IMG/VR virus record: IMGVR_UViG_3300029288_005873
Coordinates: 320,001-384,000 of that record
DNA length: 64,000 nucleotides
Strand: one strand, 5' to 3'
Source: a virus
Taxonomy: Duplodnaviria > Caudoviricetes
Of this stretch, positions 50,309-57,015 are shown in pieces. The notes beneath the pieces were generated by a model. That model had not been told where the DNA came from. It did not search any database and saw nothing but the letters and a program-made list of their open reading frames with translations. The stretch's first letter is position 1, and each line of letters starts with the position of its first letter. The translations under genes were made by a program, and so were the position numbers.

Positions 50309-51679
50309 CTACCAAACAGGTTTGGAAAAAATCAAGGCGATCTCAACATTTCTACGACGAGTTAGGTGGGTGGGAGTATTGGATAGATCATGCTGCTCAA
50401 GGTGTAAAAGACCAATAGAGTCAGCCAGGCGCAAACAGGGCTCCACATTGTCACGATCAAAAATCACTATGGCTTTTCCACCACGTTTCAACGAATTATA
50501 AATACGACCCATGAGGGTCCTAATGAATCTTTCCTCCCATTCTGCTTTGGATCGGTATCTAAAGCTAGCTTGATTTGGAAGGTTACAATACGTTTCTTTG
50601 TCGAAATAAGGTGGACAGGTTAAAACAAGATCTGCAAACTCACCCTCTACATTAGCATCCTCCATAGCAATCGGTTCCACTGAAGTGCGATTTTTAATAC
50701 CCAAAACATCTGACAATTCCATAAGTTCAGAACAAGTGACTGTATTTGGTTCACATGCAACATAGCGACCATCTGGACAAGCTGCTGCAAACCCCAATAA
50801 CCTTCCGCCAAAACCAGCGCAAGGATCCCAAACTACAGAATCCTTGGCTCCATACTTTAACAACAACCATTTGGTAAGCAAAGGTTTGAAAAGTGATACT
50901 ACTTGCTTATTGACCTCAAGTCCTCGCCTAATCTGTTTGAATGAAATATCAAACAATTCTTGGCATGCCACTTCATTATTATTAAATATATATTTATAGT
51001 CTTTACTATTTCCTAAACCAAAACGATATGAAACAACCATATCTGCTATTCGATTGTTGTTAAACGCATAAATAGGTGGATCGGATCGTCCAACCGAAGC
51101 GCACCACATGCTCTTAAACCATCCTTTGATTTCTGCCATTCCTACAATACTTGAAGTGTTTAATGTGCCATCAGTCGACTCCATTTTATATAGTAAATCA
51201 CGTATTTCATCAGACGACGGTTTCGGAGGATAAATCCATCCAGACAAAGAAATATGCCTACGTAGGAAATCTATAAATGGAACAACGAGACTAGCATGGG
51301 CGGTTTTTTTCAAATTGCGCTCGTAATGATGCTTCCAGATCTCTTCCCTAGAGAAGAAAACGTGGTTGTCGGAATATGTTTTGTTAGCATCCAAAGTTTT
51401 CCAACCAACAAGAAATTCATTTGGATTATTGTTCAATTGCTGTTTGAAACCCGCTTTTGTGTCCGATTTTGGTCTTCCTGTTCTCTTTCCCTCCGAAAGA
51501 CCAGAATATTCTAAGGCTTTTTTCCAAGACCCAAATAGGCGTACACAGGTGGTTGAGCTTGGAGTATACGGATCGTTGTCAGCATCGCGTTTGCCCAGCT
51601 CGGTCCGCCCGAGCCTTTTGGCAAGTTTTTTTAAGGCTGCTGCGGCTGATATCTTATCATATTCTTGAGTTCTGCTCAT
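50309..51679 (-). CDS. Amino (N6A/N4C) DNA methyltransferase fused to a homing-endonuclease-associated repeat
   Basis: VWDPCAGFGGRLLG (SAM binding) and LVLTCPPYF (catalytic); N-terminal PSSTTCVRLFGSWKKALEYSGL repeat. Confidence 0.8.
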   Translation of the reverse strand: MSRTQEYDKISAAAALKKLAKRLGRTELGKRDADNDPYTPSSTTCVRLFGSWKKALEYSGLSEGKRTGRPKSDTKAGFKQQLNNNPNEFLVGWKTLDANKTYSDNHVFFSREEIWKHHYERNLKKTAHASLVVPFIDFLRRHISLSGWIYPPKPSSDEIRDLLYKMESTDGTLNTSSIVGMAEIKGWFKSMWCASVGRSDPPIYAFNNNRIADMVVSYRFGLGNSKDYKYIFNNNEVACQELFDISFKQIRRGLEVNKQVVSLFKPLLTKWLLLKYGAKDSVVWDPCAGFGGRLLGFAAACPDGRYVACEPNTVTCSELMELSDVLGIKNRTSVEPIAMEDANVEGEFADLVLTCPPYFDKETYCNLPNQASFRYRSKAEWEERFIRTLMGRIYNSLKRGGKAIVIFDRDNVEPCLRLADSIGLLHLEQHDLSNTPTHLTRRRNVEIALIFSKPVW

Positions 51680-52656
51680 CGGTTATCCTCTTTATTCTGT
51701 TTTGCCTCTAATACTATCTTTTTGGCAGCATTCCATGATCCAAAAAGACGAATGGCGGTTACGGAACTAAACTCTCCCTGCCTATCGAAACAGGAACGGG
51801 AAATGTTGGTATTAGTTCCCATACAATTTTCAACAGCTTGGATTATTTGCTCTTTTGATATTCTTTGTCGTTTTGGTACAATTTTCCATTTGTGCTCATA
51901 ACCAGATACTGGGCAAGGTCCTATCCATTCCAAAAAAGCAGGCGCAACCAATCTTGACATGCGGATAATATTATATCCTCCACTATGATTATTCCTAGCG
52001 GATCGAAATCCAAGTTCTGTCAACAGTCTTGCTAATTTCTCTACTTCCCCTTTTGTAAACCCACAAGTTGAAAACTTAACAGTATTCTGTTCAATATAGC
52101 CATCTCCCAAATACCAATGTAAACATCGCGTTCTATTCAAAAAAATATTGGCTGGAATGACTTTAATACTTTGGGGATACCAAAGTTTTCTCAACTCTCC
52201 AAAAGTGATATTTGATGAGCTTCGAACTCTTTTCTGTGGTTTGCCTTTGTTCCTAGCGGGTAGAAACTCTTCGTTTTTCAAAGGCACACCGCAATTATAA
52301 AGTGATTGTCTCAGAAAATCCGAATAGAACCAATTCGCTGTAGAATGAGCAAAACAACCAGATTGTTCTATACTTCCATCACCAAGTAATTCTCCTTCAA
52401 TTATATCCAATGCTTTTTTGCTCAATAATATTGGTGGATCATGCGGTCTACCTGTTATAATACCAGCCTCTAGTTTGGCAGCAGATAAAGCTTTACTCCA
52501 TGATCCAAAATATCGTTTAAAAGTGACTGATCCAGGCATGTCTGGATCTTTATCTATCATTGATTTCGATAAATTCCTAGAGCCAACTTTATCAGAAAAA
52601 GCCAATAATTTTTCCACTAATTCCTTTTGGGTAAATTTTTTCATATGCCCTCCCAT
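51676..52656 (-). CDS. LAGLIDADG endonuclease flanked by two homing-endonuclease-associated repeats
   Basis: IEGELLGDGSI and LHWYLGDGYI...FSTCGFT; FKRYFGSWSKAL and AIRLFGSWNAA repeats. Confidence 0.85.
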   Translation of the reverse strand: MGGHMKKFTQKELVEKLLAFSDKVGSRNLSKSMIDKDPDMPGSVTFKRYFGSWSKALSAAKLEAGIITGRPHDPPILLSKKALDIIEGELLGDGSIEQSGCFAHSTANWFYSDFLRQSLYNCGVPLKNEEFLPARNKGKPQKRVRSSSNITFGELRKLWYPQSIKVIPANIFLNRTRCLHWYLGDGYIEQNTVKFSTCGFTKGEVEKLARLLTELGFRSARNNHSGGYNIIRMSRLVAPAFLEWIGPCPVSGYEHKWKIVPKRQRISKEQIIQAVENCMGTNTNISRSCFDRQGEFSSVTAIRLFGSWNAAKKIVLEAKQNKEDNR

Positions 52657-52660
52657 TTAC

Positions 52661-52689
52661 AATATATCACCGTCTTATTTGGTTGTCAA
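52661..52689 (-). promoter_or_regulatory. Sigma70-type promoter TTGACA-17-TATATT with extended -10 TG
   Basis: Minus strand TTGACA ACCAAATAAGACGGTGA TATATT, directly upstream of the endonuclease-MTase pair. Confidence 0.75.
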
Positions 52690-52708
52690 TATGTCGGGAA
52701 CATATTGA
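52686..52708. promoter_or_regulatory. Operator-like inverted repeat TCAATATGT-N5-ACATATTGA overlapping the -35 box
   Basis: Perfect 9-bp inverted repeat. Confidence 0.5.
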
Positions 52709-52711
52709 GCC

Positions 52712-52745
52712 AAAAAAATCGGACCGCATTTTGCGGTCCGATTTT
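52712..52745 (-). terminator. Intrinsic terminator after the major capsid gene
   Basis: AAAATCGGACCGCA-AAA-TGCGGTCCGATTTTTTT. Confidence 0.85.
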
Positions 52746-52769
52746 ATTTCAATCTATTACTGTTGAAAA

Positions 52770-53795
52770 CTAGCCAACAGCCACGTTTTTACGACCAACA
52801 GCAGTACCGCGCGGGTTCACAATACCAATACCGATGATCTCATTGACCACCCACCCAAGCTTTAACTGTTTAGGTTCATCAGCTGGCAATACCTCGATAT
52901 CCTGCCTAATAGGCATCACGCCCACGAACTCAGGGTCTGCGGTCCCGAAGACGGTGCCCGGAGGAACAATCTTCGACACGATGATGTCGGCGCCCCAGAT
53001 GTGAGCATAGAGACCAGTCTGGAGGATCTCGCGCATCGTCACGGGATCAACTTCTCCACCCGTTCCAGCAGCCTGACCACCACCAGAACCCCAGTTCAGG
53101 ATATCATTAAACTCAATGATATTCATGAGGAACTTAGTTGTTACAAGGTCCCAACGGTCAACCTGGACCTTGATCTCAGACAGGTCGCGCTTGAGCAGAC
53201 CAGCATCTGCGATATCCTGGGCAGTGTTCTCACCACCAAGGGTCGAGTCAGCTGCATAGTCGAGGGCTGCGAAGATATTGGCGTCTTCCTGAGCCTGGAT
53301 CTCCTGCCTCGCCTTCTGCTGAGCTCTGTCGATCACGTTGAACCGGCGCCTACGCACTTCAGCAATACGTACGGTTGGGTTCGAGACAAGCTCGAACTCG
53401 GGAACGGTCACACGGTCACCGAACACGCGGCTCTCAGGAGCAGCACCGTTCGAGGACACGACAACGGCCGCTACGTCAATATCGCGGTCGTACACGGGCA
53501 GGGCGCCCTGGGGCAGAGGGTCAATAACCAGAACTCGACGACCTACACCCTGATAATCAAGGTTTCGGCGGATCGGGTTAGCCATCGCCTGACCGAGGGC
53601 GATTTTGCCCTCCTGGGTAAGCAGAGCGCGCTTAATAAGCTCGTCACGCTGCTCGTCGTTAAACGACGGGGGCTGGGCAAGCCCGGTATTGGCGGGCTCC
53701 ATGTTTTCAAGAATCGTGGCATACTTTACGATCTGAGCGAGAGCGTCCTTAACATTGCCGGCGTTCATTTCGCCATGGGTATTAAACATAGACAT
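52770..53795 (-). CDS. Major capsid protein, HK97 fold, encapsulin-like compact type (341 aa)
   Basis: LGQAMANPIRRNLDYQGVGRRVLVIDPLPQG...PEFELVSNP...IDRAQQKARQEIQAQEDANIF...IWGADIIVSKIVPPG...GWVVNEIIGIGIVNPRG; strong C/G-ending codon bias, strong SD, terminator. Confidence 0.85.
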   Translation of the reverse strand: MSMFNTHGEMNAGNVKDALAQIVKYATILENMEPANTGLAQPPSFNDEQRDELIKRALLTQEGKIALGQAMANPIRRNLDYQGVGRRVLVIDPLPQGALPVYDRDIDVAAVVVSSNGAAPESRVFGDRVTVPEFELVSNPTVRIAEVRRRRFNVIDRAQQKARQEIQAQEDANIFAALDYAADSTLGGENTAQDIADAGLLKRDLSEIKVQVDRWDLVTTKFLMNIIEFNDILNWGSGGGQAAGTGGEVDPVTMREILQTGLYAHIWGADIIVSKIVPPGTVFGTADPEFVGVMPIRQDIEVLPADEPKQLKLGWVVNEIIGIGIVNPRGTAVGRKNVAVG

Positions 53796-53841
53796 TTGTC
53801 CTTCTCCTCCTATTGGATGTCTTTCTCTCCTTTCTTCCTAA

Positions 53842-53914
53842 GTTCCCCAAAGGGGAACGGTGTTACATAAAACTCTTTCACTGTGTCTTGCGGGAAATCA
53901 CTTTCCCGCAAGAC
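53842..53914 (-). promoter_or_regulatory. Two stem-loops in the capsid gene leader
   Basis: 13-bp stem GTCTTGCGGGAAA-GTGA-TTTCCCGCAAGAC (53885-53914) and 7-bp GTTCCCC-TTT-GGGGAAC (53842-53858); no U tract. Confidence 0.65.
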
Positions 53915-53925
53915 GAAAGTTTTCA

Positions 53926-54579
53926 CTACTCGACGAAGTAGGAGATCACAGCATGCTCCCAAGCGGTCGCGGCGCCAACAAGCGAGGCTGGCGTACGGAC
54001 GAGGGAACGGGCAGTGGACTCGAACTCCACGAAGCGAGCGACAACTGGACCAGCGGCATCAACGGAACGGGCCTGGGTCGGAGTGAGAACGCCTAGGATG
54101 GTCGGGTAGATTCTGGACTGCGGAACCAGCGATGTGTTACTGGGGAGCAGACCGAGAGATACGCTGGTGTCAACAGCATCAAGAGTGACGCCATAAAGAC
54201 CAGGCTTATCCCAAGCAGTCACCTTTCCAGAACCAGAGGCAGTGTGAGGTCCAAGGTTTGTTCCTGTGGTCGAGAGACCAGCGGGAATTCCAATCACCTG
54301 ACCAAACAGGGTGCCGTATCCCGAAGTACCATCGTCGGTAAGCCACAGTGGACGAGCAGTAGAAACTGCAACGTTCAGCGTAAGACCAACACGCATACTC
54401 TGGGTGTAATTGGTGTATCCATCGAGCACATCGGCCGCAGCCTTCTCAGTAGCGGTATTGGTGCGCGAAAGAGCAACCAGGGTACAGATCTCTCCGCCCT
54501 TGACGCTAGAGAGATATCCGTCCTCGAAATCGAACTGACCAAGCGGCTGAATGCCGGGGTTAAGGATCTTGAGAGCCAT
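53926..54579 (-). CDS. Capsid decoration/cement protein 1 (~217 aa)
   Basis: Start reassigned to ATG 54579 (AGGAGA SD, MALKILNPG); immediately upstream of the MCP with the same codon bias; HTASGSGKVTAW..PGLY. Confidence 0.65.
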   Translation of the reverse strand: MALKILNPGIQPLGQFDFEDGYLSSVKGGEICTLVALSRTNTATEKAAADVLDGYTNYTQSMRVGLTLNVAVSTARPLWLTDDGTSGYGTLFGQVIGIPAGLSTTGTNLGPHTASGSGKVTAWDKPGLYGVTLDAVDTSVSLGLLPSNTSLVPQSRIYPTILGVLTPTQARSVDAAGPVVARFVEFESTARSLVRTPASLVGAATAWEHAVISYFVE

Positions 54580-54663
54580 TTTTTTTTGTCTCCTATTGCC
54601 GCTGGAGGTTACTCCTCCTGCGGAAGTTGTCTTTGTCCTGGCCCTATGGGCCTTGTCAATAGT

Positions 54664-54681
54664 ATGCGAAACTATTGATAG
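54664..54681 (-). promoter_or_regulatory. Putative phage late promoter CTATCAAT-N6-GCAT for decoration protein + MCP
   Basis: CTATCAAT AGTTTC GCAT in the true intergenic gap 54580-54728. Confidence 0.7.
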
Positions 54682-54728
54682 TTTTTCATGAAAAAAATCG
54701 GTGCTTTGCGCTACTGCCAAAAAATCCT

Positions 54729-56006
54729 TTATTGCCAACCCTTTGGAGCCACGCGATCGGCAACTGCCAATAAGCGACGTAGATTATCAGGTTCCATTAC
54801 AGTGCCGTCTGGACGCAATATTGAACCATTGATATCCCAACCACGACGACCAATGATCTCGGCAGTCTCTGGATTTCCGCTAAAAACTGCGTCGAGCTTA
54901 TCTTCAAGACGACGGATTGCGTTCATGGTAGCAGTATCTAGTTTTCCACTATGTAAAGTACCAAAACCACGTTCAGATAGAAGCTCCTGAATTTCCGTTA
55001 TGCGATCGGGTCCAGGAAGTTCCTGCTTTACAGCCTGCGGCTTTTTTGCCTGGAATTTAGCCATTGCTTTATTAGCCACATTCGACAAAGCGTTTATGGA
55101 AAGTCTGGTATCCTCAAAAGTTTTTTTGAGGTCTGAAAATTTTTCATTCAGTCTAGACTTTGCTCCAAGCCCAAGTTTATACCATTCTTCAGGCATTGCA
55201 ACCATAGCCTCGACAATCGTAGAGGCTTGAGTCATGTCTGTTTCAAAGTTATCAAGCGCTGTACTGTATTTAGCAAGCCCAGCCTTATCATCTGGAAGCG
55301 GCATCGGTTGCCTAAATTTTGCAATATACGGTCCAAGGATTGATTGTAACTTATTCGCAAGACCAGCAAGCTCAGGTTTTTCGCCTACAGATGAAGCTGT
55401 ATCTAAAACATCCTGTATGTCGGTGGCAAGACCTTCACGCACGCTTGTAAGCTTTGACCCAAACCAATTCCATGCCCCAACGCCAAGTCCTCCCCACATC
55501 AGTAGCTTGGCTACAGGGGCTAATAGTGAAAGGAATGCCTCCTTATGGAGGCTATCGACGAAAGGGAAGGAAGCTAGCCTCTCAATGGTCAAATCGACCC
55601 TTGCCGCAGCTTCTGCCTTGCCTTCGCCTTCTAGATCATTTGCTAGCGAAACTAGGATCTCAACAAGGCTAGCATGTTTTCCAGTAAGCGCACCGGTCGG
55701 CATACATGTAGCAATCTCGATATCCTTATCCTGCTGTTGAACTATATTCTCGACAAGTGCTCCATCGCCCATAGATTCAGCTGGTTTAGCATCCTTTGGA
55801 TGCGCCTTACCAACAAGATCCTCGCCCGTCTCTTTAGTAACATTGTATTCTTTTCCAGGTTCATACCGTCTATGGTCCTTTACGGGCGTCTCCTTGTCGG
55901 TGTTTCCGACAACGGGTTTGCCGAGGTCCGAGACGATAAGGCCGCTTTCGGCGGCGATCTTGGCGAACTCGTCCATCACCAGGCTGCCGTTCCATTCTCT
56001 GCTCAT
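54729..56006 (-). CDS. Putative internal head/ejection protein with modular propeptide and a C-terminal peptidoglycan-binding-like domain
   Basis: Shared motifs A, B and C; hydrophobic segment after LHKEA; ITEIQELLSERGF...SGKLDTATMNAIRRLE. Confidence 0.55.
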   Translation of the reverse strand: MSREWNGSLVMDEFAKIAAESGLIVSDLGKPVVGNTDKETPVKDHRRYEPGKEYNVTKETGEDLVGKAHPKDAKPAESMGDGALVENIVQQQDKDIEIATCMPTGALTGKHASLVEILVSLANDLEGEGKAEAAARVDLTIERLASFPFVDSLHKEAFLSLLAPVAKLLMWGGLGVGAWNWFGSKLTSVREGLATDIQDVLDTASSVGEKPELAGLANKLQSILGPYIAKFRQPMPLPDDKAGLAKYSTALDNFETDMTQASTIVEAMVAMPEEWYKLGLGAKSRLNEKFSDLKKTFEDTRLSINALSNVANKAMAKFQAKKPQAVKQELPGPDRITEIQELLSERGFGTLHSGKLDTATMNAIRRLEDKLDAVFSGNPETAEIIGRRGWDINGSILRPDGTVMEPDNLRRLLAVADRVAPKGWQ

Positions 56007-57013
56007 CTTGGTCCTCCAAATGCGCCTTCCAGCTCCTTCTCGGTTTGCGATTTTCGATCAGCTGGGGCTTCTTTCGTGTATGTTGCTTGCGGCAAAAGTA
56101 TCCTGGCCATTTCAGCCAGCGGGGGTGCCGCAAATGTCCTGTAACTATTTATTTCCTGGATTGGGGCACCACCATGCGCTGCGCCAACCTCGGTCAAAAC
56201 CCTTTTCATCTCTTTGGATCCTACCGGAGAATATCCCTTCAAATCGATAAAGATACGCGAAAAAGGTTTTCCTGCCCTATCCTTTATAGCATTATCAAGA
56301 GTCATAATTAGCGATCTCTCGACATTATTTGCTGTATTCATATAAAGACGCATACCCGGAGCCGATGGTGCTTGGTTACCTGATGTCTGAGACGTTGTCC
56401 CATTACCTATACCGACCATATTTAGCATAGCTCCAGTTCCAGCATGAAGACCAAAACCAATTATTACAGCTTTCAAAAGTTGGTACAATGCGCCGCTGAT
56501 TAGCCCTTTTGAAGCATATCCTCCCATTCCCATGAGAGATCGAAACTTTGAGGCAAGATTACCCGCAGCTTCTTTGCCAATATTATCTGAACCATGCGTC
56601 CAAGCTACAACTAAAGATTGTCTATCAATTGTGCCACGTTTCTCAAGCTCGGCGCGAAATGCGGACGATTTTCCCAATAATCCACCAACAAGACGATCTA
56701 CAATCCCGCCAGAGGCTGATTCTAAGGACGATTCCGATACTGGTCCAGTATTTCCACTCCCAGGTCCTTTACCTATTGCCCTATCTATCCAGGCACCTAT
56801 AGTACCAGCATCAACTCCAAGAACCTCCTTGGAAGCAGAAAATAGGAGGGATAGAATCCACCTTCCCTTAAGCATTAAAATCCCAGGAACAACATATTGG
56901 AGAAGTATCTCAAATGGACGCTCCTGAATCTGTCTAATGTTCCCGAACTCTTTGATCGCTTGCTGTACAAAGGTGTTCGCAATCCCTTGGAGGTCAAGAG
57001 CCTGTTTTTCCAT
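56003..57013 (-). CDS. Putative internal head/ejection protein with hydrophobic Gly-rich helices
   Basis: 336 aa; MEKQA and IGKEAA boundaries; LISGALYQLLKAVIIGFGLHAGTGAML. Confidence 0.5.
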   Translation of the reverse strand: MEKQALDLQGIANTFVQQAIKEFGNIRQIQERPFEILLQYVVPGILMLKGRWILSLLFSASKEVLGVDAGTIGAWIDRAIGKGPGSGNTGPVSESSLESASGGIVDRLVGGLLGKSSAFRAELEKRGTIDRQSLVVAWTHGSDNIGKEAAGNLASKFRSLMGMGGYASKGLISGALYQLLKAVIIGFGLHAGTGAMLNMVGIGNGTTSQTSGNQAPSAPGMRLYMNTANNVERSLIMTLDNAIKDRAGKPFSRIFIDLKGYSPVGSKEMKRVLTEVGAAHGGAPIQEINSYRTFAAPPLAEMARILLPQATYTKEAPADRKSQTEKELEGAFGGPR

Positions 57014-57015
57014 GG

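Noticed and set aside
52770-53795. Cellular encapsulin operon
   Set aside because: There is no peroxidase or ferritin-like cargo gene, and the context is a phage head module.
53001-53870. 289-aa plus-strand ORF and the many other plus-strand ORFs in the track
   Set aside because: They are antisense shadows of codon-biased minus-strand genes, with no SD, motifs or protein-like features. Only 31374..31868 has independent support.
54580-54738. N-terminal extensions in the ORF track (also 27511-27600, 60137-60217, 61653-61721, 62140-62211)
   Set aside because: Better SD-linked starts lie downstream. The extensions overlap promoter motifs or neighbouring genes and have no counterpart in paralogues.
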